Shown: one piece after another, positions 31,702-40,861 of the stretch | How the letters are laid out: each line of letters starts with the position of its first letter | Position numbering within the stretch: position 1 is the first letter of the stretch | NCBI GenBank assembly: GCA_002352345.1 | Contig: DEIG01000001.1 | Coordinates: 13,028-77,027 of the forward strand | Direction: 5' to 3' | Origin: Methylococcaceae bacterium UBA2780 | GTDB taxonomy: Bacteria; Pseudomonadota; Gammaproteobacteria; Methylococcales; UBA2780 | Length of the DNA stretch: 64,000 nucleotides | Translations under genes and position numbers: made by a program | Notes under the pieces: model-generated | Seen by the model: the letters and a program-made list of their open reading frames with translations, nothing else | What the model was told of the DNA's origin: nothing | Databases searched by the model: none

Positions 31702-31920
31702 CTAGGCGGCTTCAAGTGTAAGCTTAATAAACTCTTTCGCAATAAAACCAAAAACACCAAGGCAAAGCCCTCCAAAGAGTGCGATATAGGCCCACTTTCC
31801 GCCTTTAGATTTATGCGCTAAATCAAAAACAATAAAAAACATCAATCCAATGAGAACGGTAAAACCGATCATCAGCGAATACTCTTCAAATTGCTCAATA
31901 GAAATGTAATCCGTAATCAC
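31702..31920 (-). CDS. DUF2788-like small membrane protein
   Basis: 72 aa with two TM helices; FIVFDLAHKSKGGKWAYIALF is typical of the family. Confidence 0.6.
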   Translation of the reverse strand: MITDYISIEQFEEYSLMIGFTVLIGLMFFIVFDLAHKSKGGKWAYIALFGGLCLGVFGFIAKEFIKLTLEAA

Positions 31921-32026
31921 TTCGGAAGCCTCTTACTTATTTTGGGAAGTCCAAGCCAACCATTATAGCATTTTCCCCCCTATTCCGATACATTACCCCT
32001 TACTAAAAGCCATCATGGATGACTGA

Positions 32027-32761
32027 GTGATCGCCATTAAAAGCCACTTTCTAAAACAGTTAATTAGCAGCTGCCTAGACCTATTCCCGATTCTGGCAGT
32101 CATCTCTATTTTTCAACTCTTTGTCATTCAACAGCCTATTCCTAATGTGGCTGAAATGCTCTTCGGTACCCTGCTAATCGTTCTCGGTTTAACCCTCTTC
32201 ATACAAGGATTGGAACTCGGCCTTTTCCCCATTGGTGAAGCGATGGCCTATGCCTTTGCAAAAAAAGGTAGCGTTACTTGGCTGCTCACCTTCGCCTTTT
32301 CACTAGGTTTTGCAACGACCGTCGCCGAACCGGCACTTATCGCCGTCGCAGATGAGGCGGCGCGCGTTGTTGCTGCTGGAGGGATTATTGAAGCAACCGA
32401 AGAATCGCAGCAAAGTTATGCTTTCGGCCTTAGGATGACGGTCGCCTTCTCCGTCGGCTTTGCCATTTTAATCGGCGTTCTTAGAATCCTTCGTGGCTGG
32501 CCCCTGCACTACCTGATCATATCGGGGTATATTGTGATTGTCGCCATGACCCCTTTTGCACCGGCAGAAATTATTGGCATTGCTTACGACTCCGGCGGTG
32601 TCACCACCTCAACCATCACCGTTCCATTGGTTACGGCTTTAGGTGTTGGTCTGGCCTCTGCCATTAAAGGACGAAACCCAATGCTTGATGGCTTTGGTCT
32701 TATCGCCTTCGCCTCTTTAACTCCGATGATCTTTGTTATGGTCTATGGGATGCTCCTATGA
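32027..32761 (+). CDS. DUF1538-family polytopic membrane protein (paralogue 1)
   Basis: 244 aa, GTG start, multiple TM segments. Motifs [68 protein letters not shown]. Confidence 0.8.
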   Translation: MIAIKSHFLKQLISSCLDLFPILAVISIFQLFVIQQPIPNVAEMLFGTLLIVLGLTLFIQGLELGLFPIGEAMAYAFAKKGSVTWLLTFAFSLGFATTVAEPALIAVADEAARVVAAGGIIEATEESQQSYAFGLRMTVAFSVGFAILIGVLRILRGWPLHYLIISGYIVIVAMTPFAPAEIIGIAYDSGGVTTSTITVPLVTALGVGLASAIKGRNPMLDGFGLIAFASLTPMIFVMVYGMLL

Positions 32762-33528
32762 GCGCTTGGTTTCTAGAGTTTGGGAACACATTACTTCTAA
32801 CCATTCGGGATATCCTCCCTATTCTGGCAACGATTATTGGTTTTCAGTTATTGGTTATCCGGAAGCCACTGAAAAACCCAAAAAAAATAGCAATTGGTTT
32901 CCTGTATGTTCTATTGGGTATCGCTTTTTTCCTAGAGGGGCTGGAGATGGCGCTATTTCCACTCGGTAAGCTAATGGCAACCCAACTAACAGACCCCAAT
33001 TTTATTGGCAGCAGCTCTGACGTTGTCCGTTGGCAAGATTATTACTGGGTCTATCTATTTGCCGCCTGTATCGGTTTTGCAACCACACTGGCCGAACCCT
33101 CATTGATAGCTGTAGCGATCAAGGCAGAGGAAATTTCTGGGGGCGCGATCGGTGCATGGGGACTCAGACTAGCCGTCTCTGTCGGTGTCGCATTTGGCAT
33201 TTCTCTTGGAACATACCGGATTGTCACAGGGACAGAGCTCTATCTTTACATTGTTGCAGGCTATGTCGTTGTTATCGTACAGACCATTTTCGCCCCAAAA
33301 ATGATTATCGGTCTCGCCTACGATTCCGGAGGTGTCACCACTTCGACCGTCACCGTGCCACTTGTAGCCGCACTTGGACTTGGGCTTGCATCAACCGTTC
33401 CCGGCCGGAACCCAATGCTCGACGGGTTTGGCCTGATTGCATTTGCCAGCCTGTTCCCCATTATTGCCGTACTCAGTTATGCACAAATCGCTGAATGGCG
33501 AAACCAAACAAACTCTAAGATTACCTAA
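32758..33528 (+). CDS. DUF1538-family polytopic membrane protein (paralogue 2)
   Basis: 256 aa with the same motif set ([68 protein letters not shown]). ATGA overlap with paralogue 1. Confidence 0.8.
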   Translation: MSAWFLEFGNTLLLTIRDILPILATIIGFQLLVIRKPLKNPKKIAIGFLYVLLGIAFFLEGLEMALFPLGKLMATQLTDPNFIGSSSDVVRWQDYYWVYLFAACIGFATTLAEPSLIAVAIKAEEISGGAIGAWGLRLAVSVGVAFGISLGTYRIVTGTELYLYIVAGYVVVIVQTIFAPKMIIGLAYDSGGVTTSTVTVPLVAALGLGLASTVPGRNPMLDGFGLIAFASLFPIIAVLSYAQIAEWRNQTNSKIT

Positions 33529-33543
33529 AATGAGGCTCTATTC

Positions 33544-33894
33544 ATGCATTTCAAATTAATTATTGTTTTTGTCGAAGATGACAAAACCGACCTCGTACTC
33601 GACACCTCTCGTGAACACGGTGCAACTGGTGCTACCGTTATAAATAACGCGCGTGGTGAAGGCGTTAAAAAATCCAAAACATTTTTTGGATTAAATCTTG
33701 AAAGCCAACGAGATGTTATTTTGCTTCTAGTTGAAGAGCACATGTCGAGAACAATTCTTGAAGAGATTGCCAAAGTTGCCGAGTTTGATGCAAAACCAGG
33801 AACCGGCATCGCACTCCAGATCGATGTAGAAGATGCCATTGGGGTTCTTCATCAGATGGAAACACTTACACCAGCCGTTGAGGAGGAGTTATGA
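33544..33894 (+). CDS. PII-like (GlnB-fold) signal transduction protein
   Basis: 116 aa. KLIIVFVEDDKTDLVLDTSREHGATGATVINNARGEG...VILLLVEE...PGTGIALQIDVEDAIGV aligns with the beta-alpha-beta pattern, T-loop position and GxG B-loop of GlnB. Confidence 0.7.
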   Translation: MHFKLIIVFVEDDKTDLVLDTSREHGATGATVINNARGEGVKKSKTFFGLNLESQRDVILLLVEEHMSRTILEEIAKVAEFDAKPGTGIALQIDVEDAIGVLHQMETLTPAVEEEL

Positions 33895-34295
33895 AAAACC
33901 AGAAAATTATTCGCGTTCGCGATGTTATGAAAACAGATTTCGGAATGATCGATGGTGTTGCCACCATCAGCGAAGCGGTAAAGACGATGAAAGAGCAAAA
34001 GACTTCCGTTTTAATCGTCAACAAGCGGCATGATGATGACGAGTACGGGATAATTTTAGCCGGAGATATCGCCCGCCACGTCCTTGCTAAAGACCGCTCA
34101 CCAGAACGTGTCAACGTCTATGAAATCATGGCAAAGCCGATTATCTCAATGAATCCAGAGATGGATATCCGTTACTGCTCAAGAATGTTTGCTCGTTATA
34201 ATTTGGTTCGTGCACCTGTTCTTGAAAACCGTACAGTTATCGGCACTGTAAGCCCAATCTCTCTTGTGCTCGATGGGCTATACAATATCTGCTAG
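33891..34295 (+). CDS. CBS-pair domain protein
   Basis: 134 aa with two CBS motifs (VRDVMKTDFGMIDGVATISEAV...GIILAGDIARHV and VYEIMAKPIISMNPEMDI...IGTVSPISLV). ATGA overlap with the PII-like gene. Confidence 0.8.
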   Translation: MKNQKIIRVRDVMKTDFGMIDGVATISEAVKTMKEQKTSVLIVNKRHDDDEYGIILAGDIARHVLAKDRSPERVNVYEIMAKPIISMNPEMDIRYCSRMFARYNLVRAPVLENRTVIGTVSPISLVLDGLYNIC

Positions 34296-34300
34296 TGCAA

Positions 34301-35035
34301 CTAAACCTGAACAGCGCCCCCCACTGAGAGAGCTTCGAACCAGTCGAGAAAACGTTCCACATCATCGCCTTTAAAAATCCGGCCATGCTGTGGAGCTAAC
34401 ATCTCAACATCCAGCTTTCTTACACGTTTGATCCAGTCATTTTTTGCTCTATTTGAAGGCATCCAGCGCTGGTGAAAGTAGCGCATCTTTTCCACATGTT
34501 CGCTAAAGTCTTCCACAAACATTGGCGCATCATGTGACTCAATCGCCGCACCAATATCACCACTCATCAAGATTTTTGAGCGCGGATCATAAACATTAAA
34601 ATTTCCCGACGAATGAAGATAGTGGGCAGGGATGAGTTCAAGCTCCATAGACCCAAGATCAATCGTTCCCCCCGCATCTTCAATAGGAACATACTCAATT
34701 CTATTGCAACCAAAGTGCCGCAAAAACCCTTCCCAAATAGCTGGGGCATGGAGCTTAGCCTCGGGTAACGCCTGATCCCACAACCCAAGAGAGGAAATAA
34801 TGTCTGGATCTTGGTGCGATGCAAATAGATCGGTTATCTCTTCAACAGGGGCGTAGTGCAATGCTGCTGCCAGCATAGGAGCAAAGAGCTCCGTTCCACC
34901 TGGATCTAATAACAGACAACGGTTTGCTGTTCGAATCATATATTGATTCGTATCGATTAAATTTTCAGCTTTGTTTGGATCACGGCCAAACACAATCCAC
35001 TGATAACCCGAATCAAATAATGTTGTTCTTTTCAT
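34301..35035 (-). CDS. MBL-fold di-iron-type protein resembling the flavodiiron N-terminal domain / oxygen-binding di-iron protein (ODP)
   Basis: 244 aa. LLLDPGG...FASHQDPDIISS (an H-x-D-x-D variant of the MBL/FDP metal motif), PAHYLHSSGNF, LMSGDIG and LAPQHGRIF provide further His/Asp ligand candidates. No flavodoxin domain. Confidence 0.6.
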   Translation of the reverse strand: MKRTTLFDSGYQWIVFGRDPNKAENLIDTNQYMIRTANRCLLLDPGGTELFAPMLAAALHYAPVEEITDLFASHQDPDIISSLGLWDQALPEAKLHAPAIWEGFLRHFGCNRIEYVPIEDAGGTIDLGSMELELIPAHYLHSSGNFNVYDPRSKILMSGDIGAAIESHDAPMFVEDFSEHVEKMRYFHQRWMPSNRAKNDWIKRVRKLDVEMLAPQHGRIFKGDDVERFLDWFEALSVGGAVQV

Positions 35036-35063
35036 TTAAGAAATACCCTGAAGTCTTTCGTTT

Positions 35064-35678
35064 TTATAATTCCATCATTGCCATCGAGCTACGGCAACGC
35101 TGCACGTTCGTATACATAAGTTCTGCTGCCTTATCCACACTTTCCGCAACAGTTAAGAGGCTTTGTAAAAACTCACCCGCCTGTGACGCTTCAATTCGTG
35201 AGTTCGCGGCAATCACCCTCGCCGCACGGGCTGGATGCATAATTTCGGAAAGCTGATCTAACAAGCGATCCACTTGGCTTTTAAGCTGATGGCGCTTCTC
35301 TCCCAATTCATCTTCTATCCGTCCAGCAATCGGAAAAAGAGAGTCAACATATGCTGCATCACTTCCAAGCTCCAGTACCGCCTTGAACTGCCTGTTAGCT
35401 TCTTCATGCCGGTGCTCACTAACCGTTGTCTCGTACAATTCAGATGCCTGCTCATTAATCTGATTAACCAGCCCTATTGTCTCTCTAGCAAGCTCGTTAA
35501 TAAAATCGGTAATCGGTTGAAAGCCCCTCGCTTTCTCCCCCGCACGATAGGCAATTGCTTTAGCATTAGCTGCTGCAAGTGAAATTTCCTTAGCAACCAC
35601 CATCACATCTGAAAGCTCAGTTGCAATCGATGCTACGGAAACAAACTGGGATTTCTTTCGCTCGGTATTTGTTTTCAT
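35064..35678 (-). CDS. Minimal soluble MCP-signalling-domain (chemoreceptor hairpin-tip-like) protein
   Basis: 204 aa with no TM. SLAAANAKAIAYRAGEKARGFQPITDFINELARET aligns with the conserved MCP tip [33 protein letters not shown]. The rest is predicted helical with heptad character. Confidence 0.6.
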   Translation of the reverse strand: MKTNTERKKSQFVSVASIATELSDVMVVAKEISLAAANAKAIAYRAGEKARGFQPITDFINELARETIGLVNQINEQASELYETTVSEHRHEEANRQFKAVLELGSDAAYVDSLFPIAGRIEDELGEKRHQLKSQVDRLLDQLSEIMHPARAARVIAANSRIEASQAGEFLQSLLTVAESVDKAAELMYTNVQRCRSSMAMMEL

Positions 35679-35908
35679 TTTATTTAGACAGATTACGAAT
35701 CTCTGTGAAAAAGGATAGCAGAGAAATTACTTTTTGCTGCCGCATTGCCTAGCTAATGATTGCACACACATACCCAAAAAATTATGCCTTGGAAATGAGC
35801 ACTGAGCGGCCACCTGGATTTGATTTTTTAGCTTAAAAAACGATACGATCAAATCCACATAACCAAAAATAGGGAAACCCAACCTCTATCCCACAGGAAG
35901 GAAAAATT

Positions 35909-36487
35909 ATGCGTAAATTAATTACTGCTGCTCTCTTTGCACTCTTCACTCAATCATCGCTTGCAGGCTGGACTCTCGATAACGATGCCTCTACATTTAA
36001 TTTTCTCAGCACAAAAAAGAACACTGCAACAGAAAGCCACACATTCAAGCAATTGAGCGGCTCAATCAATGATGAGGGAAGCGCAGTTGTTTCGGTTAAG
36101 TTAGCAAGCGTTGAAACAAATATCACAATCCGAAATGAGCGGATGCAGACCTTTTTGTTTCAAATTGCCGATTTTGCAAGCGCAACAGCCACTTTATCCG
36201 TTGACCCAAATCTTCTTAAAAACCTGCGTGCCGGTGAAAGAAAGTCGATCAACTCAACAATCGCCCTTAATTTTCACGGCATCACAAAGAAGCTACCTAC
36301 TGAACTGATGGTTACTACTCTTGAAAACCATGTCTTGCAGGTCCACACAGTAAAACCAATCCTGCTTATAGCGGCAGACTTTGAGCTTAATGATGGAATC
36401 GAGAAGCTACGCACACTAGCCAAACTAAGCACAATTGATACGACTGTCCCTGTCACTTTTACACTGCTATTCCAACAGGATAACTAA
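35909..36487 (+). CDS. YceI-family periplasmic protein
   Basis: Signal peptide MRKLITAALFALFTQSSLA, then GWTLDNDASTFNFLSTKKN...HTFKQLSGSI, typical of YceI-like domains. Confidence 0.75.
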   Translation: MRKLITAALFALFTQSSLAGWTLDNDASTFNFLSTKKNTATESHTFKQLSGSINDEGSAVVSVKLASVETNITIRNERMQTFLFQIADFASATATLSVDPNLLKNLRAGERKSINSTIALNFHGITKKLPTELMVTTLENHVLQVHTVKPILLIAADFELNDGIEKLRTLAKLSTIDTTVPVTFTLLFQQDN

Positions 36488-36490
36488 AAG

Positions 36491-37339
36491 CTACCATTCA
36501 TAATTTTTAACTAGATGGGACTGTTGCCCTAACCCCTCAATAGCCATTTCCACACGATCGCCCTCCTCTAGAAACCGCTGGGGAGATTGCCCCATTCCCA
36601 CCCCATCTGGTGTTCCTGTAAAAATCAGATCACCGGGCTGTAGGCTCATGAATTGCGAAATATAACTCACTAAGAAAGCGATATTAAAAATCATATGTCG
36701 TGTATTGCTATTTTGCTGAGCAGCCCCATTAACACTCAGCCTTAGATCAATCGACTGTATATCTAAGAACTCATCAGGAGTCGCTATCCAAGGTCCAATA
36801 GGCGCGAAGCTGTCACAGCCTTTGCCCTTCATCCATTGCCCACAGCGCTCTTTTTGAAAACTTCGTTCAGAAACATCAATGCCAGCACAATAACCTGCCA
36901 CATAATCTAACGCCTCGCACTCCTCAACATAAAGCGCCTCTTTCCCAATCACAATGACTAGTTCTGCCTCCCAATCCACTTGGCTTGACTCTTTAGGGCG
37001 GACGATTGGATCATAGGGGCCAGAAAGCGAGCTAACCGCTTTGGTAAAAAGTACCGGCTCTTTTTGGGCCCTCGATCCAGTCTCGCGAATGTGCTCAGCA
37101 TAGTTCAAGCCCACAGCGATGATTTTCCCCGTAGAACGGATAGGAGAGCCTAGTCTCGGCTCACCATCAATGCTTGGCAGTTTATCAATTTCGAGAAAAG
37201 AGAGCCTTTCTAGCCCCCCGCCAACCAAAAACTCCGGGGTAATATCGTCAACAATTCCCTCTAATGAATGAATCGTTCCGCCCTCGCCCAAAACAGCCGG
37301 AATCTCGTTACCTTTTTCTCCACATCTAACCAATCTCAC
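36491..37339 (-). CDS. Fumarylacetoacetate hydrolase (FAH) family protein
   Basis: KIIAVGLNYAEH...EAELVIVIGK...DVSER...GKGCDSFAPIGPW...LQPGDLIFTGTPDGVG are FAH-family motifs. Confidence 0.9.
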   Translation of the reverse strand: MRLVRCGEKGNEIPAVLGEGGTIHSLEGIVDDITPEFLVGGGLERLSFLEIDKLPSIDGEPRLGSPIRSTGKIIAVGLNYAEHIRETGSRAQKEPVLFTKAVSSLSGPYDPIVRPKESSQVDWEAELVIVIGKEALYVEECEALDYVAGYCAGIDVSERSFQKERCGQWMKGKGCDSFAPIGPWIATPDEFLDIQSIDLRLSVNGAAQQNSNTRHMIFNIAFLVSYISQFMSLQPGDLIFTGTPDGVGMGQSPQRFLEEGDRVEMAIEGLGQQSHLVKNYEW

Positions 37340-37348
37340 AGCGCACCT

Positions 37349-38224
37349 CTAATCAATAATAAACATCAGCGTCACTGGGATCACAAACAAACTCAGCAGA
37401 TTTCCCACTGCAACAACCGATGCAACCAACTCGGGCTCTCTATTGTATCTTTCTGCCATAATTGCATTCATCACTGCTGGAGGCAGTGCGCCAAAAAGTA
37501 TCAACAGGCCGGCCTGCTCTTTCGGCAAATCGATAAAGCTAATCGCCAGTAAGGCACAGGCAATGCCTGATAGTGGACAAAGCAAAGCCCCCCACACACC
37601 CATCTTCCAATGGTCAAATCTAATTGAAGTTAAGCGAACCCCTAAAGCAATCAACATCAAAGGAATAGCAACCTGTCCAAGCATCTCTATTGCCGGAACT
37701 GTTATGACAGGGAGGTGCCAATCGAGTTGATTTGCCAATATACCCAGCCCCGTTGCAACAAAGATCGGATTCTTAACAAAAACCTGCAGGTTAATCTTTC
37801 CTTCAAGCATCAAGGTTCCCAAAGTGTGCTGAAAACAGACCATTACCACGAAAAGAACAACCGCTGCGGGAAACAGCTCCTCTCCAAAAGCAAAAACGGC
37901 AAGCGGCAGCCCCAAATTGCCTGAATTGTTAAACATCATTGAGGGCAAAAAAGCTGTTGGCCTAAAGCCAAGCAGACCTGAAGCCGGTAAAAGTAACAAA
38001 CCAGAGCCTAGAACGACAATCGTTCCGCCCAATGCAAGACCACCAAACTCGAAGTCTTGAGGAATTTTTTCTGACAAAACAAAAAATAACAGAGCAGGGA
38101 TGAAAATCTCAAAATTCAGCCTGTTCGGCTCTTCCATCTCTAAATTACGCAGCCGCGCATAGAGATAACCAGTCAAGACAATTGCAAAAACCGGTAGCGT
38201 TATTTCCAGAACCCGGAAAATCAT
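37349..38224 (-). CDS. AEC (auxin efflux carrier) family transporter
   Basis: 291 aa with about 10 TM segments, an N-terminus like MIFRVLEITLPVFAIVLTGY, and a 9-nt gap to the FAH gene. Confidence 0.75.
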   Translation of the reverse strand: MIFRVLEITLPVFAIVLTGYLYARLRNLEMEEPNRLNFEIFIPALLFFVLSEKIPQDFEFGGLALGGTIVVLGSGLLLLPASGLLGFRPTAFLPSMMFNNSGNLGLPLAVFAFGEELFPAAVVLFVVMVCFQHTLGTLMLEGKINLQVFVKNPIFVATGLGILANQLDWHLPVITVPAIEMLGQVAIPLMLIALGVRLTSIRFDHWKMGVWGALLCPLSGIACALLAISFIDLPKEQAGLLILFGALPPAVMNAIMAERYNREPELVASVVAVGNLLSLFVIPVTLMFIID

Positions 38225-38339
38225 ATAGGGGACACCTAAAGGAAAAGAGTAATAAAAGAGAACGATCCGAATCAGCGAATGCTTATTGCTCTATTTTTTC
38301 TCTGCTCGCATAACGAATAAAAAGTAAAAGCATGCTTTA

Positions 38340-39914
38340 TTAGCCAAAAACACACTGATCACGACCACTATTTTTTGCTTGATACATCGCCTTATCCGCC
38401 CGGCTAAATGCTTTTTCAGTTGTATCGCCTTCGACAAACTGAGTAAGGCCACATGAGGCGGTAATATTAATGGGCTTACCTTTAGAGTTGAAGCCACAAT
38501 TTTTAATCTTCTCTCGAAGCTCGTTTGCTTTGGTCAGAGCCTCTTCTTTAGAGGCTCCCGGCATCAGCATGACAAATTCCTCACCCCCATAACGCGCAAC
38601 AAAATCCGTTTCGCGCAGATCGGAAGCTAACACTTTTGCAATTGCCCGTAATGCAACATCTCCGGCCTGATGACCAAAGCGGTCATTAATCTCTTTGAAA
38701 TAATCAATGTCCCAAACCAGCAATGCTACGCTCTCTTTGAATCGCCCCCAGCGAGCAAACTCGCTTGCGATCCTCTCATCGTATGCCAATCGGTTCGGCA
38801 AGCCGGTCAAACTATCGCTAAATGCCATATCATGCTTAAGTTTAATCGAATCCTTAAGGCTTGCAGACTCTGCCTCCATCGCCTTGATTGTGGAACTCAT
38901 CTCCTTAATCTCGGCCTCCGCCTTTTCCGCGCGCAGTTTGTCACTCTTGAAGTGCTCTTCAAGTTGCGCCGTCATCGCATCTAGCCTACTTGTAACGGAG
39001 TCCTTCAACCCATCTAGAGTGGTTGCTGCACTACTTACCGACTTTAAATCACTCACATTATGCGAGACATTTTTATTCAGCTTCTCAGACGCACTATTCG
39101 ATTCTTTTATAAAGCATCTAATTCCCTCAGCGCCTGACTCCAAGCCTTCGAGTCGAGTCGTAACGCCCAGCAAAAAATCATCAATCTCTTGCTGCTCCTC
39201 TTGTATCTTCGATTTAATCTGAAGAAGCAGCGATATAATATCTTCGAGCATTTTAAAGAAGATTGAATCGCCACCCACATTTGCAGCCTGTTGCTTCAGA
39301 GATTCAAGCTGGTGTTGTAGATAAACCGGAACATCCAGGCTATCGAGAAGACGCTCGAGCAATTTACTCTTCAGGCTGCTGCTAAACTCTTCATCTTTCT
39401 TATCATTTTTCTTTGCCCGCCCAAAAAGTCTGCCTAAAAGGCCCGGTTTTGAGTCAGCTTCAACCTCATCAGCTAATAAACGACTAGCCGCAAGAAACAG
39501 CGCATTCAAGTTCGAAAACTGCCCCTTCGCATGATCTTCCTTTAGCTTCTTAGTCGCAGCTCTTTCAATATCATTTTGCGCACAATATTCAAGAAAGCCA
39601 AATAAGGCAGTCGCATCAAAATTGTCTTCTGCCTCTTCACTTTGATCTTCGGCACGCAATAGTGCCTCCGATACCGCATCTACCTGTTCACGAAGGCGGT
39701 CATTCTTAACACCCGCTTTTAAAAGCGTGCGTAATTTCTTAAGGTGAGGATCTAGCGCTGCATCAAGTCCATTTGCCGCCAGTGTGAGTCGAATAATTGT
39801 TCTGCATAGCAACTTTTCTGTTGCCTCTCGCTCCTTTCCCAAGCGGTCAGATTCGGAAACAAGCTCGCCATACTTCCGCTTCCATGCGCTATCTGTATTG
39901 CTTTCTGCATCCAT
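38340..39914 (-). CDS. Diguanylate cyclase with a long N-terminal coiled-coil region
   Basis: C-terminal GGDEF domain (RYGGEEF) with an I-site RETD 5 residues upstream. About 350 aa of charged helical N-terminal sequence. Confidence 0.9.
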   Translation of the reverse strand: MDAESNTDSAWKRKYGELVSESDRLGKEREATEKLLCRTIIRLTLAANGLDAALDPHLKKLRTLLKAGVKNDRLREQVDAVSEALLRAEDQSEEAEDNFDATALFGFLEYCAQNDIERAATKKLKEDHAKGQFSNLNALFLAASRLLADEVEADSKPGLLGRLFGRAKKNDKKDEEFSSSLKSKLLERLLDSLDVPVYLQHQLESLKQQAANVGGDSIFFKMLEDIISLLLQIKSKIQEEQQEIDDFLLGVTTRLEGLESGAEGIRCFIKESNSASEKLNKNVSHNVSDLKSVSSAATTLDGLKDSVTSRLDAMTAQLEEHFKSDKLRAEKAEAEIKEMSSTIKAMEAESASLKDSIKLKHDMAFSDSLTGLPNRLAYDERIASEFARWGRFKESVALLVWDIDYFKEINDRFGHQAGDVALRAIAKVLASDLRETDFVARYGGEEFVMLMPGASKEEALTKANELREKIKNCGFNSKGKPINITASCGLTQFVEGDTTEKAFSRADKAMYQAKNSGRDQCVFG

Positions 39915-40777
39915 CAGGCAGCTTCCCTTTTGTGACTGACCGGCACAAAAATGTCCATTGCAATGGGCAGATGATCTGAGCCCGCAAAATTGATTGCGCG
40001 AATATTTTCCGTTCTAAGGTCTGGTGTAACTAATAAATGGTCGAGCTTTCTCTGAGGATTCCAGCTCGGATAGGTTTTCAGTCCCTCAATGGGATCGACT
40101 AAATTACTTTTATCAAGCAAATGCCTCATTTCAGGGCTATTCACCTCACAGTTTAGATCACCCATCACAATCACTCTGGGCAGACCTTGAATAATCTCCG
40201 AGACAAAGTCTAACTGCCTTTTCCTCGCTTTACGCCCAAGCGCCAAATGAAGAATACATAAATAAAAAGGTGATTCATCTTCACCCAAACGAATCAATAG
40301 AGCGCCACGACCAGGCAAGCCTGGGAGCTTATAATCATGAACACTGTGTGGTTTTAATCGACTTAAGAGGCCATTGCTATGCAGCGCAAGGCGCCCCAAT
40401 CTTCGGTTTATTTGATTGCTCCAGAAAGGAAAGTTAGCGTGATAAGCTAAATATTCCGTTTGGTCGATAAACTCGCTACGAGAGCCGCCGCTGTCAACTT
40501 CTTGAAGGCCAACAATATCAAATGGTCGCAATAACCCGGCAATACGCTCAAGATTTTGCCTTTTCTTCTTTGTGGGCAATAAATGTTGCCAACTGTGGGT
40601 CAAATAATGGCGATAGCGGGAGCTGTGAATCCCAGCCTGTATGTTATAACTAGCGATACTGAGCCGCTGAAAACCCGGCAGCAGAGCAGATTGCCCTGAT
40701 ACATCAAATGTTTTCTTAAATCGGTTGTCACCATTCACAGTTTGCTCCATTTCCCCCGCTTGATTTGAATGCTCCAA
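39914..40777 (-). CDS. Endonuclease/exonuclease/phosphatase (EEP) family protein
   Basis: SYNIQAG...VGLQEVD...VMGDLN...GSDHLPI are EEP catalytic motifs. Its stop overlaps the diguanylate cyclase ATG (TGATG). Confidence 0.85.
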   Translation of the reverse strand: MEHSNQAGEMEQTVNGDNRFKKTFDVSGQSALLPGFQRLSIASYNIQAGIHSSRYRHYLTHSWQHLLPTKKKRQNLERIAGLLRPFDIVGLQEVDSGGSRSEFIDQTEYLAYHANFPFWSNQINRRLGRLALHSNGLLSRLKPHSVHDYKLPGLPGRGALLIRLGEDESPFYLCILHLALGRKARKRQLDFVSEIIQGLPRVIVMGDLNCEVNSPEMRHLLDKSNLVDPIEGLKTYPSWNPQRKLDHLLVTPDLRTENIRAINFAGSDHLPIAMDIFVPVSHKREAA

Positions 40778-40861
40778 ATTAGGTCAGAACTCTCTCTCAC
40801 CCATTTATTGGCTAAGCATAGAACATTCTCACCATTTCTGTAACAAAATTCTGAGCGCTGA

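Noticed and set aside
33030-33494. 154-aa Cys/Arg/His-rich ORF that looks like a metal-binding or toxin-like peptide
   Set aside because: It is an alternative frame inside the second DUF1538 gene, whose own frame has strong paralogue-level conservation. The ORF has no independent start context.
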